This document shows positions 40,010-49,640 of a stretch of 64,000 nt of DNA, in pieces. The stretch is from sequence record NC_048182.1, one strand, 5' to 3'. The position numbers were made by a program, and so were the translations under genes. The notes under the pieces were generated by a model, which worked only from the letters and a program-made list of their open reading frames with translations, ran no database searches and was not told where the DNA came from. Position 1 is the first letter of the stretch; each line of letters begins with the position of its first letter.

Positions 40010-40108
40010 ACCTATGTCGGGATAATGGTAGGTTTTTCACAATCTTTTGTTAAAAGCCATTATACGCCGTTTCCAACGGTGTGTAAAAAGCTTGGCGCGA
40101 GATAAATA

Positions 40109-40123
40109 CAGACCGATATTATC
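40109..40123 (+). promoter_or_regulatory. putative phage promoter
   Basis: CAGACCGATATTATC, matching the motif at 10823, 3868, 49589 and 60410. Confidence 0.55.
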
Positions 40124-40181
40124 AGTGTGTAAAGGGTCCTACCTTTATCTTCCGACTAACTAGAATAGGAAACCAAAAGAA

Positions 40182-40976
40182 ATGTCCAGACAACTTTTTG
40201 CAATGTGCCTGGTTATTGCAACCCTCTTAGGGTTTACAATGACTAACGCAGTTGCATCCATTGGAGCAGCACCCAACGAGTACACCACAGCAATCGTAAT
40301 GAAACGTTTTGACAACATGAAAGCCCACCTTTATGAAGCCTCCAAAGTGAGTGGCTTTGATATGGCTGACCTTGTCGCAATTTCAAGTATCGAATCGACT
40401 TTACGTGGTAATGTTAAATCCAGGCATTCTAATGCAGCTGGGGCACTTCAATATACCCCAAGGACATGGAAGCAAGATCGTGCGTTATACGCAAAGCAGT
40501 TAGGACTCCCTACTAATGTAGATGTCTATAATACCAGAGCTAATCTGTTAATCGGGGCCACCGCCCTCCGCAATCTTCAAGAATTACTCATAGAAAAATC
40601 GCATTTAACCAAGGAAACCGTTCGTATAGGCGATCTTTATATGAGTCATTTGGTTGGGACGAATGGAGCCCTTGCCATAATTAACTCGTACAGTAATAAA
40701 CCCATTAACCAAATCATCAATGTCAATAATGGCAATCGTCCAATGTATTTTAAGCCGAACGGTCAGGTGCGTACTGCACGTGAGTTCCGCTCATATTTGG
40801 ATACCCTTGTCAAACGTGAAAGATCGTTTTATCTGAAAGCAGTGTCAAGTTATCAAATTGCCAAAGCTTCCGCCCCCGTCTATCAGCATATTGGAAACGA
40901 TTCCGATGCCAATGACGAGATGGCCGTTGCAATTGCGAACACAACTCGTTGGGTCGGCTACGATTTTAATAGTTAA
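40182..40976 (+). CDS. lytic transglycosylase (SLT/lysozyme-like) with N-terminal signal peptide; endolysin candidate
   Basis: AISSIES (catalytic Glu), SNAAGALQYTPRTW, NLLIGA and LYMSHLVG are SLT motifs. The N-terminus MSRQLFAMCLVIATLLGFTMTNAVA is a hydrophobic leader ending in A-x-A. Confidence 0.8.
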   Translation: MSRQLFAMCLVIATLLGFTMTNAVASIGAAPNEYTTAIVMKRFDNMKAHLYEASKVSGFDMADLVAISSIESTLRGNVKSRHSNAAGALQYTPRTWKQDRALYAKQLGLPTNVDVYNTRANLLIGATALRNLQELLIEKSHLTKETVRIGDLYMSHLVGTNGALAIINSYSNKPINQIINVNNGNRPMYFKPNGQVRTAREFRSYLDTLVKRERSFYLKAVSSYQIAKASAPVYQHIGNDSDANDEMAVAIANTTRWVGYDFNS

Positions 40977-41035
40977 TTGTTAGGCGGGCAGTGATGTTGT
41001 GTAAGATACAAACTTTAAACTTAAGGAAGTAAATC

Positions 41036-41302
41036 ATGCAACAACAAATCACCTGCCTTGTTGATGGCAACTTTGTGCTCTCTCCGGCAGCTGGGGTTAT
41101 TAACGCTCCTAATGCAGTTATCGCTTTGGTGACTAAATCCACAGGTCCCGATGGATCCATTACTGGGATCTTAAGTTGGGCTGGAGCCGTCCGCGCGTTC
41201 TTAACTTATGACATGACGGGAAACCGCATTCTGAGTTACACAATGGCCGATGGTACTCAACAAGCAAACCAATCCGTAGAGAATATCTTGCGTGCTATGT
41301 AA
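41036..41302 (+). CDS. hypothetical protein
   Basis: 88 aa, SD AAGGA, followed by a hairpin. Confidence 0.7.
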   Translation: MQQQITCLVDGNFVLSPAAGVINAPNAVIALVTKSTGPDGSITGILSWAGAVRAFLTYDMTGNRILSYTMADGTQQANQSVENILRAM

Positions 41303-41309
41303 ACCAAAA

Positions 41310-41345
41310 CCTAACCCAAGATGGCTCAGGCTGTCTTGGGTTAGG
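41310..41345 (+). terminator. 16-bp hairpin / terminator
   Basis: CCTAACCCAAGATGGC-TCAG-GCTGTCTTGGGTTAGG. Confidence 0.65.
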
Positions 41346-41368
41346 GCCCTTATGACTATAGGTGAAAT

Positions 41369-41749
41369 ATGAAGGGTGTAAGAACAAGTTGTATAAGTGG
41401 GTTTAGTGTTTTGAGGGATACTACCTTTTATATGAACCTTAATGTCCTTCAACACAATGAAGAACCTTGGGGTGATAACTGTTACTGGGTAACTGTTGAG
41501 TTTTATTTGCATTACAAGAGTGGTTGTGTATTCATGAACTCCCGCCGTGTTCAGGTGGATGTTTGGAAGAGTTTAAAAGATGTTGTCATGGAAGAGTTTG
41601 TTGATGAGATGTATAAAAAGATGTCCATTGATTTCATCTCTAAACAGGAAATTATCGACATCGTTGACAGGATGTTTAAAAACGACAAGTCCCATAGTAC
41701 GCCGCTAATGTTAGCCGCCGAAAGCGGTGCACTTCACACTGTTCATTAA
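41369..41749 (+). CDS. hypothetical protein
   Basis: 126 aa, SD AGGTG. Confidence 0.65.
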   Translation: MKGVRTSCISGFSVLRDTTFYMNLNVLQHNEEPWGDNCYWVTVEFYLHYKSGCVFMNSRRVQVDVWKSLKDVVMEEFVDEMYKKMSIDFISKQEIIDIVDRMFKNDKSHSTPLMLAAESGALHTVH

Positions 41750-41758
41750 GGAACGTAA

Positions 41759-43726
41759 ATGTCTGACGGAATTAAACGTTTACTTGAACTGCAAGGTCAG
41801 CTTAAGTATCACGATCACCTGTATCACACTCTGGACCAACCTGTCATCTCTGATTCCGAATATGACATTCTGAAACAAGAGTACGACGAACTTGCTGAGC
41901 AATATCCAGAAGTCGTTGATCCAAAAGTAACAATTGGTTTTGTTGACCCGCCTAAAAGTTTAGGAAAGGTTACTATCACTGAGCCGATGATTTCGGTAGA
42001 TAAGAAAAAGGATGTCGAGTCCTATAATAAGTGGATTGATAAGAATGTTTCAACCGAATGCGTTGAGGAAATCAAACTCGATGGGATCGCACTTCGCTTC
42101 ATTTATAAAAATGGTATCCTTGCTCGTATTCATACTCGTGGTCGTAACGGCATTGGGGGAGATGTAAGTCATCGCCGCCATTTGCTGGTTAACATGAAAG
42201 ACATAGTGGAACTTCATGAAGATAAAGATGAAGTCTTCTTTACTGGTGAGGCTTTCTGTTTCCATAAAGACTTCCTTGAGTATTGCGCTCGACATAAATT
42301 GGATCCAACAGACACCGATCCTCGCTCAACGGTATCTGGGTTGATGAAGCGTGCTGAAGCAGGTAGTCGTGACGACCTTCCTATCTATGTGACTGTCTAT
42401 GGTGCCAGCCGCAATGTACGCGATCAGTTTGATACGTATCTCGAACTGCGTGAACATATTAAGGAATGTGGTTTCGACGTCCCTGAGCTGATTACAGAGC
42501 CAATGCGTGAAGAAATGTTCACTGCGGGTAAATTACCTGAGTGGGATTATCCTATCGATGGGATTGTCGCTAAAGATAATGATCTTCGTCAGTGGGAAAA
42601 AGAACAGACCGGTGAGTATTATACTTATGCCGTTTGTTATAAATTCCCAACCATTGCTTTGAAAACTGAAATCACGGGCGTCGATTGGTCGCTGACTAAT
42701 ACTGGTGAGTTTGTTGGGACTCTGATGTATAAGGAAGTTGACTATGGCGGAACTAAACTGACTCGTTGTAAGTTTGATTACATGAAGTCGTATATTGATA
42801 AGGATATCCGTATCGGGTCCAAAATCTCTATTACGAAGTCTAATGAAATCATCCCTAAACTGATCAGCCTGGATGAAGTGGGTAAAGGAGAGAAGATCTT
42901 GTTACCAACTAAGTGTCCTTTCTGTAACGGTCCAACTACACCAACCAACATCTCTGTCAAATGTACAAACAGTGAATGTGAAGGTCAGGCTGTAAAACGT
43001 CTGCTAGCTATCTTTAATATTGATGGTTTTAACATTCATGGCTTGGGTGAGAAACGTGTTGAATCATTGGTTGCAATTGGAAAGTTGAACGAACCTTCCA
43101 ACATCTTTGACTGGGATGCACAGGACTTGATTGAAGGTGGTGTTGCTCCTGCTTCTGTGGATGGTATTCTAAAAGCTATTGAGCAAGCTAAGTCTAATGA
43201 CCTGTCTCAATGGTTGATGTGTCTGGCTATTCCATCTCTGGGTAAAGTTCGTGCTGTTGAGCTGAGCAATATGTCAGCATCCAACGGTATGAATGATGGT
43301 CTGAAGTTCCACAACCTGACTGACTTCATGACAATCCTTACCAATGCTCAAGCACTGTCTACTATGTTTGGAATTGAAGGTGCCAAGATTGCCAATCACT
43401 GTAAGAAGAAAGCGGATGAGATTACTCGCTTCTTGTCTCACTATGACTTTGGCCGTCAAGCGCCAATTGGAATGGATGGTGTTCCAGTAGCCATTACTGG
43501 TGAATGGAATGGGTTGACTCGTCGTGACCTGACCGCAGTGTTGCGCCAACATGACTTTGTGTTGTCTTCATCTGTAACCAAAACGTGTAAAGCACTGTTA
43601 ACAGCAACCAAACCAAGTCCAGCTAAAATTGAAACGGCTAAACGTTATAAGCTTCCGATCTTCGAAATCAGTTCCATCTCTGATGTGAATGGCATCGTTG
43701 CTCTGTTGAGTAACATTGGTCGTTAA
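41759..43726 (+). CDS. ligA: NAD+-dependent DNA ligase
   Basis: N-terminal YHDHLYH...P.ISDSEYD (domain Ia), adenylation motif KLDG, DGIVAK, AVCYKFP, Zn finger CPFC...CTNSEC, HhH region and a C-terminal BRCT-like domain. Confidence 0.95.
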   Translation: MSDGIKRLLELQGQLKYHDHLYHTLDQPVISDSEYDILKQEYDELAEQYPEVVDPKVTIGFVDPPKSLGKVTITEPMISVDKKKDVESYNKWIDKNVSTECVEEIKLDGIALRFIYKNGILARIHTRGRNGIGGDVSHRRHLLVNMKDIVELHEDKDEVFFTGEAFCFHKDFLEYCARHKLDPTDTDPRSTVSGLMKRAEAGSRDDLPIYVTVYGASRNVRDQFDTYLELREHIKECGFDVPELITEPMREEMFTAGKLPEWDYPIDGIVAKDNDLRQWEKEQTGEYYTYAVCYKFPTIALKTEITGVDWSLTNTGEFVGTLMYKEVDYGGTKLTRCKFDYMKSYIDKDIRIGSKISITKSNEIIPKLISLDEVGKGEKILLPTKCPFCNGPTTPTNISVKCTNSECEGQAVKRLLAIFNIDGFNIHGLGEKRVESLVAIGKLNEPSNIFDWDAQDLIEGGVAPASVDGILKAIEQAKSNDLSQWLMCLAIPSLGKVRAVELSNMSASNGMNDGLKFHNLTDFMTILTNAQALSTMFGIEGAKIANHCKKKADEITRFLSHYDFGRQAPIGMDGVPVAITGEWNGLTRRDLTAVLRQHDFVLSSSVTKTCKALLTATKPSPAKIETAKRYKLPIFEISSISDVNGIVALLSNIGR

Positions 43727-43733
43727 TTAATAC

Positions 43734-43758
43734 AACCCTATCTATATTAGGTAGGGTT
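43734..43758 (+). terminator. hairpin / terminator
   Basis: AACCCTATCTA-TAT-TAGGTAGGGTT followed by T-rich sequence. Confidence 0.6.
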
Positions 43759-43781
43759 TAACTTTCTTTCTGGAGAATCAA

Positions 43782-44108
43782 ATGTTTAAGACTCAGAAGC
43801 TTGTATTCAACCGTCGTTTGGGTGGTGACCAGCTTAAGAAGATTGAAGCAATGGTTGAAGATACCCCTGGTGTGTTTATCACCGATGTGAAAACGCACTC
43901 GATCGAATTGATCGTTGAGTTCAATGGTACACAAGGATTTGTACCGGCTTACAGCGAATTAGTCAATACGTTGTACCGTGGGCTTAATTTCGGTAATGCC
44001 ATCCATCTGGACGGTGAAGGTTATGTGTTGGTATTTCAAGCAAACACCACACTGCAATCTGAAGACATGAAACAAGATCTTCAGACTAAAGGAAGGAAAC
44101 TTTTCTGA
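43782..44108 (+). CDS. hypothetical protein
   Basis: 108 aa, SD GGAG. Confidence 0.7.
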   Translation: MFKTQKLVFNRRLGGDQLKKIEAMVEDTPGVFITDVKTHSIELIVEFNGTQGFVPAYSELVNTLYRGLNFGNAIHLDGEGYVLVFQANTTLQSEDMKQDLQTKGRKLF

Positions 44109-44695
44109 TGGATGTTAATATCAGTTATCGCAAGCTGGTCGCTCATACCCGTTATGGTGATTTTGTTTGTGAGATTACCGAACGTTCTATAGTGAAATTC
44201 GGTAGCTACAGCGATTCCGAATACGGTTCTGTTCTTTACTCTGCTAATGACACTGATAAACGTCATTTGGTAAAGGTGAACTGTATTAGCGAGCCAAACA
44301 TCATTCATGGTTGGGATGCTATCCTGGCACTTCATCTGGAACTGATGAAGAAGAATGCTTTACTGGCTGAGGTGGAAACTACTGAACTGCGTCAAGCTGT
44401 ACAGTGTTATTTCCACGACATGAATTTCGAAAACTTCAAACCTCTAAACGGGAATCGCATTCCTCTTTGGAACGGTGAATGGGAAGTTAAAGGCGAAGAT
44501 GGGTGGGTTTACACCATCGAACGTTTTAAGAATGAAAATGCGTCTTACCATAAAGACCTGGTCACTCGCAAACGCAGTATTAAAGAAGGCGACATGAATA
44601 TTGAGGAAACTCAAAGCAAACTCATGTCTCGCTTCACTCGTGAATTTCCACTGTACCCAATAAGCCCTGAATGTATTGTGGCTGTCTTTAAATAG
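44108..44695 (+). CDS. hypothetical protein
   Basis: 195 aa, TGATG coupling to the previous gene. Confidence 0.7.
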   Translation: MDVNISYRKLVAHTRYGDFVCEITERSIVKFGSYSDSEYGSVLYSANDTDKRHLVKVNCISEPNIIHGWDAILALHLELMKKNALLAEVETTELRQAVQCYFHDMNFENFKPLNGNRIPLWNGEWEVKGEDGWVYTIERFKNENASYHKDLVTRKRSIKEGDMNIEETQSKLMSRFTREFPLYPISPECIVAVFK

Positions 44696-44703
44696 GAGTT
44701 CAT

Positions 44704-45189
44704 TTGATCTGGCACATTTACACAGATGGGTCGTGCCTTGATAATAACCCGGCAGGAGGTCCAGGTGGATTTGCCTGGGTTGCCTCTTTTGGTGATTGCG
44801 TGGTTGAGCATAGTAAAGGTTACTTCAAGACAACCAACAACCGTATGGAGCTGATGGCGATTATCGATGCCCTTGGTCAATTACAAGAACCGTCCGTTGT
44901 CAAGATTTATACCGATAGTCAATACTCTATTGACGGCGCAACCAAATGGGTCTTTGGATGGATCCGTAAAGGCTGGGTAAGGACTACCCAATTCGGCGCA
45001 ACCGAAGAAGTTAAAAATAAAGACCTCTTCCAACGCCTCCATTTACTAACACGTTACCATAAAGTCGAATTCATCAAGGTTAAGGCTCACTGTGGAATTC
45101 CGCTCAATGAACGATGTGATGTTCTTGCGAAACTTGCTGCGGCTAACCCGACTGATGTTGATGAAGGCTTTATCCCCAAATTTAAATAA
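44704..45189 (+). CDS. rnhA: ribonuclease HI
   Basis: IYTDGSC...GPGGFA, TTNNRMELMAII, IYTDSQY, KNKDLFQRL, VKAHCGIPLNERCDVLAK: all the RNase HI motifs. TTG start with SD AGGAG. Confidence 0.95.
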   Translation: MIWHIYTDGSCLDNNPAGGPGGFAWVASFGDCVVEHSKGYFKTTNNRMELMAIIDALGQLQEPSVVKIYTDSQYSIDGATKWVFGWIRKGWVRTTQFGATEEVKNKDLFQRLHLLTRYHKVEFIKVKAHCGIPLNERCDVLAKLAAANPTDVDEGFIPKFK

Positions 45190-45199
45190 GGATCCTTAA

Positions 45200-45808
45200 A
45201 TGACCAAAGCTCTGATTCCTCTGTTCAATGCAACCACCGAATCTTACTTCGTATCCGCACCACTGCTCGCTCCTTCCGAGGTAGAGTTTGACAACGCCGA
45301 TATGTTTGACCGTGGGATGTATCAAACAAGCGATCTGTCTGTTGGTGTTCGTCTTCCTCTTGAATTGCTGTGTAAGCTTCCGTGTTCCCACTGGACAGCT
45401 AATGACAGCATTGATCTTCAAACCCTGGCTTTGAAACACATCACCTTCCTGGCTGAAAATACAGTAACTGGTGAACGTCAGGTTCTGACCACTGGTGATC
45501 TGTTTGGTATTTCTGGTGGTAAAGCAGTACCTCCGGTTGATAGTCCTTTTAAGAAAGCGATTATCGATTTCCATATCAAGCATTTCTCTACCCGTCTGTT
45601 GAAAGCAGTAACCGCTGAACCGGTTACTGTATTTGGTAACAACGAAGGGTTCCATACTCACTTCAATCTGAAAGTGACGTATTCCCCCCACACTGACATT
45701 CTGGACTCTGTTGGTTTGGTAGAGAAATGTAGCAATCCTGATGTGAAACTGAGCATTATTGGTTTTGCTCTGCATGCCGAACACGAACGTGTTAGTTTAG
45801 CTGCTTAA
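45200..45808 (+). CDS. hypothetical protein
   Basis: 202 aa with high-expression codon bias. The N-terminus resembles 39406; the protein ends in ...VSLAA. Confidence 0.75.
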   Translation: MTKALIPLFNATTESYFVSAPLLAPSEVEFDNADMFDRGMYQTSDLSVGVRLPLELLCKLPCSHWTANDSIDLQTLALKHITFLAENTVTGERQVLTTGDLFGISGGKAVPPVDSPFKKAIIDFHIKHFSTRLLKAVTAEPVTVFGNNEGFHTHFNLKVTYSPHTDILDSVGLVEKCSNPDVKLSIIGFALHAEHERVSLAA

Positions 45809-45814
45809 CTGGAT

Positions 45815-45840
45815 GAGTCCTGGGGTAATACCTGGGACTC
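45815..45840 (+). terminator. terminator
   Basis: GAGTCCTGGG-GTAATA-CCTGGGACTC followed by a T-rich tract. Confidence 0.65.
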
Positions 45841-45893
45841 CTCTATTTATATCTTTTATTTTCATTTTATGTCACCTAACCGAGGCTTGCATT

Positions 45894-48032
45894 ATGCAAT
45901 TAGTCGTGTCTGCGACTCCTGGTACCGGTAAATCTACCATTACCAAGAACGCTGAGAAGTATGGACTGAATCACTGCCATGTTCATTATGACAATCACAC
46001 CCGTGAATATGAACTGACGGTTCCTAACAGTCCGCTGGTACCAGTATTCGATTCCGATTCATCTACTTTTGATAAGAGCGAATTCCCTGGTAACTATATT
46101 AAACACATCAAAGAGGTTCTTGCTAAGTTCCCTGATGTGGTAATCTTCGTTTCCTCTCATGACAATGTCCGTGAAGCAATGGCCGAAGCCGGTATTAATT
46201 ATGTACTTGCTTACCCAGAGCGTGAACTAAAGGGCGACTATCTGGAGCGTTATAAAGAACGCGGTTCCCCGGAGAAGTTCATCGCCCTTATGGACGAGAA
46301 GTGGAACGATTTCATTGACTCAGTTCAAGCTGATAAAGCTGAACGTCATCTCGTTTTATCTGAAGGAGAATTCCTCGTGGATGTATTAAAATCCGATCTC
46401 GAAGCAATAGGTAGTCAAGTTGATAGCGTCTTCCCTACTGCGATCATTAGTGGTACTGAAAGTATCGGTGACGTAGTTTGCGACGATGTAGGTCAACCTG
46501 TTGCTGTTTGGGGTTCAAATGGTCTGGAACCTCTTCCGTCTACAGAACCTGTTGCTGACGTGGTTGTGGTCACTGATCCATTAGCGGTTGCTACCCCAGA
46601 ACCTACCACTGTGATTCCTAAGGACTCTGATCCTGCAGCTGTTGTTCCTCAACAAGATTTCTCCACTGCTATTATCACCGGTAACGAATCAATCGGCGAA
46701 ACTGTCTATGACGACATTGGGACTCCGGTAGCAATCGTGGGTGAGGTTGGTCTGGAACCTTTGCCGGTTACGGAAATCGTTCCTATTGAGGTTATCGTTG
46801 ATGTCAACGCTGAACCGGTAGAAGAACCACCTGCAGCTATGGATCCTCAGGACACCCCAATTCCGGTGACTTCCATGCCCGAGCAAATGCAAGCTCCTGA
46901 CCCGGTCCCGCCAGTATCTGGTCAACCTGCTGTTGATGCACCTGAAGTACAAGCTCCAGCAGAGGAAGTAGTTGTGGTGGTAGATCCAGGCGCTGGTACG
47001 GTTCAGGTAGATGGTCAAGAAGATAACGATCTTCCTGTGCCAGAAAACAACATCCCTCCTGCTTTACAGGATATGGATAAAGCTGAACTGATTGAAAACT
47101 ATCATGAGCTTAATGACGACGTCACTGTTCTTGAAGCGGTTATTGATGTTTGTCAGACTGATGATCGTGGTGGTCTGGAAGGTTATGAAGATAACGGCCC
47201 TGTCTTCACCAAAGCTGTTGAACATCTGAAAGAACGTTATGGTGCAACAGTAGAGCCTACTTTGGCTGGCTTGGAATCTTTCTTAGAAGAACTTAAGAAA
47301 GTTGGGACCGCAGTTAAACGCGCGTTCTCTGATCCAAAAGCTGCTCAAGCTAAAGTTAAAAACGCCCTGTGGGAACTTAGCAAAGCGAAAGATGAGTACA
47401 AGTCACCCGCTTGGCAAAATAAACAGGATTGGATCAACGTTGGTAAAATCCGCGTCGATGTTCCAAGCTTCTTAAAAGAAGCCAATTCTCCAGAAGAAGT
47501 AGGTACTGCGCTTAAACTTGTAATTAAGCGTATTGTTGATGCTTCTGAGAAACACGGTAAGAACGATATTGCTCGCCACAAAGCAGCTATCAAAGTGTTC
47601 AACGCTACTAAAGGTTGGGATCCTAAAGAGAAGACCGCAGCTGACGCTAAAGAACTCCTGGATTCTATTCCTGAACCTTTGGGCGATGCTGTAGGTGACG
47701 CAGGTCTGAACGAACTGAATACCAAATTGGTTTCTGTTGAACTTCCGGCTATTCCTAAAACGAATGTGGTTAAAGTTGTTGAACTGATGGATATGCTGTC
47801 CCAAGCTTCTTCCGATATGTTTAAACACGAAGATGCTATTCCGGAACATCTGGGTTGGGAACAATATTCTAAGAATAAATTCCTGACCGATATCAATGCT
47901 TCCAAAGTTTACAACATTATCAGTTCCGAAGCAGACGAACCAGCTTGCTCTGTAATTAGTTCTGCCTATTACAAACAGTTCTTAAACGTGGCCAAGTTCC
48001 TCGAAATGTGGATCTTGCGTTCTACTAAGTAA
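45894..48032 (+). CDS. putative virion head protein with N-terminal P-loop domain and acidic Pro/Val-rich linker
   Basis: Likely start ATG 45894 (SD GAGG). N-terminal VVSATPGTGKST; two 34-aa repeats containing G-x-E-S; AGLESF before a helical C-terminal domain. Confidence 0.65.
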   Translation: MQLVVSATPGTGKSTITKNAEKYGLNHCHVHYDNHTREYELTVPNSPLVPVFDSDSSTFDKSEFPGNYIKHIKEVLAKFPDVVIFVSSHDNVREAMAEAGINYVLAYPERELKGDYLERYKERGSPEKFIALMDEKWNDFIDSVQADKAERHLVLSEGEFLVDVLKSDLEAIGSQVDSVFPTAIISGTESIGDVVCDDVGQPVAVWGSNGLEPLPSTEPVADVVVVTDPLAVATPEPTTVIPKDSDPAAVVPQQDFSTAIITGNESIGETVYDDIGTPVAIVGEVGLEPLPVTEIVPIEVIVDVNAEPVEEPPAAMDPQDTPIPVTSMPEQMQAPDPVPPVSGQPAVDAPEVQAPAEEVVVVVDPGAGTVQVDGQEDNDLPVPENNIPPALQDMDKAELIENYHELNDDVTVLEAVIDVCQTDDRGGLEGYEDNGPVFTKAVEHLKERYGATVEPTLAGLESFLEELKKVGTAVKRAFSDPKAAQAKVKNALWELSKAKDEYKSPAWQNKQDWINVGKIRVDVPSFLKEANSPEEVGTALKLVIKRIVDASEKHGKNDIARHKAAIKVFNATKGWDPKEKTAADAKELLDSIPEPLGDAVGDAGLNELNTKLVSVELPAIPKTNVVKVVELMDMLSQASSDMFKHEDAIPEHLGWEQYSKNKFLTDINASKVYNIISSEADEPACSVISSAYYKQFLNVAKFLEMWILRSTK

Positions 48033-48052
48033 TTAATAAAAACTACAACTTG

Positions 48053-48078
48053 GAATAGGTGGGGGAACCTGCCTATTC
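48053..48078 (+). terminator. hairpin / terminator
   Basis: GAATAGGTGGG-GGAA-CCTGCCTATTC. Confidence 0.55.
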
Positions 48079-48149
48079 TACTTTGTCAAAAGTCTGAAAC
48101 GGCCGAGCCTAATTGCTCCGCTTACACACGCTTAAAAAGGAAATTGTAA

Positions 48150-49514
48150 ATGTCTCGTGCTTCTGATATCCGTACTTATATTGTTGCTCGTCAACCGAGT
48201 ATGACCATTGATGAACTTTATGTTCTCGTTGCTCAATTGCATGCCTCTGTTGATGCACTGATCTCTCTTCGTCAAAATAACGAAAAACCACCAATGACGG
48301 TAGAGGTTAAAAATATTGCGCTGGAACTGCGCGGTAACAAGTTACACACCAAAGAAGGAATCGTGTTTACACCTTCTTCTCTGCAAACCTTTACTGAAAC
48401 TCTGCTGTTAATGAAGGGTGCAATGGGGTTAGGGTCTCGTACCTTCGCAACCCTCATTCCTGAGCTCTATGGCGACCTTCTGCTGGCTTGCGCTAACGTC
48501 GAGACAGATGTGGCTAAGATCAACAGTGAGATCTTTAGCGGGCTTCTGAAGCGCTATCACAATCGTGCTCGTGTAGGGGCTAATAACGACTATCAGTTCA
48601 AATACCGTCTTTCTACCTGCAAGAGTCGTTTCATTACTTTCGATCTGAAGAACATGACGTTTGATGATAAAGATCATGTAGATTTTGATATCGAGGTTAA
48701 TGACCCTATTCTACAGGAAGCGCTGGGTGGTCATCATCGTTACCCAATGCCTACTGGGAAAGTTGCATCTCAGCGTATCAGCGATAAACTGAAATGCGCA
48801 TTCACCGAAGTCCAGAGTGAAGATGCTATCTTGTTAATGGTCAATAAACTTCGTAAATACGGGATGGAACTTCATGAAGTGTATGACCTTCTGGAAATAG
48901 TAGCAGGTTGGGTATGTGGTAAGAAGCTGGCTCTCACAGTAGTGTGTCAGGATTTCGTATGTGGTCACCACCATGTGAGTTTTGCTCGTGCGGAACCTGA
49001 CTTCGATAAGGTCAGCGTCGTTATCCATGATGAAGGTCGCAGTATCATTCTCGGTGATAAGTTCTCTGCCAAAGAAATTGTTGATTACGTTAATGAACCG
49101 TTTATTAAAGAGCGTGTTCGTAATACGAGGTATCTCCCTAACTCAGTTATCAACTCTATGTTGATCATGGATAGCAAAGAACGTGAGATCTATTTCAGTT
49201 TGATCGAGAAAGAAATCAATCCCGATCACATTGACTTCGCTACCCGAGCGGCCCCGGTTGAAACCCGTTTAGTTGTGGTCGCACCAATGGTTTACACCGA
49301 TGATGTATTGTTCCGCTTACACATGTTCAGTGATACCTCTGTGATGACTACTCTTTCACTGGTCTCTCATCGTGAAGCGCTGGAAAGTTCTAGAACCATT
49401 CGTGCTTTGATGTCCTCAATAGAGGCTGATAAACGTGAAGTTGATTGGACTAATGTGATCACTCCGAAGGTTGGATTCTGGGCTAAAGTAAAACGTCTTT
49501 TTAAAGCAGCATAA
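48150..49514 (+). CDS. hypothetical protein
   Basis: 454 aa, SD AAGGA; ends in ...LFKAA. Confidence 0.8.
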   Translation: MSRASDIRTYIVARQPSMTIDELYVLVAQLHASVDALISLRQNNEKPPMTVEVKNIALELRGNKLHTKEGIVFTPSSLQTFTETLLLMKGAMGLGSRTFATLIPELYGDLLLACANVETDVAKINSEIFSGLLKRYHNRARVGANNDYQFKYRLSTCKSRFITFDLKNMTFDDKDHVDFDIEVNDPILQEALGGHHRYPMPTGKVASQRISDKLKCAFTEVQSEDAILLMVNKLRKYGMELHEVYDLLEIVAGWVCGKKLALTVVCQDFVCGHHHVSFARAEPDFDKVSVVIHDEGRSIILGDKFSAKEIVDYVNEPFIKERVRNTRYLPNSVINSMLIMDSKEREIYFSLIEKEINPDHIDFATRAAPVETRLVVVAPMVYTDDVLFRLHMFSDTSVMTTLSLVSHREALESSRTIRALMSSIEADKREVDWTNVITPKVGFWAKVKRLFKAA

Positions 49515-49523
49515 TGTATGACA

Positions 49524-49552
49524 CCCAACTACCTCCATTAGGGGTAGTTGGG
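49524..49552 (+). terminator. intrinsic terminator
   Basis: CCCAACTACCTC-CATTA-GGGGTAGTTGGG followed by a T-rich tract. Confidence 0.75.
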
Positions 49553-49575
49553 ATTATACTTTATTTTTATTTTGC

Positions 49576-49599
49576 ATATAAATTTAAACAGATATTATC
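49576..49599 (+). promoter_or_regulatory. putative phage RNAP promoter
   Basis: ATATAAATTTAAACAGATATTATC, 22/24 identical to 3854..3877. Confidence 0.6.
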
Positions 49600-49640
49600 A
49601 TAGTAGTAGAGTAATAAATCTAATTTATAAAGGAACTACC

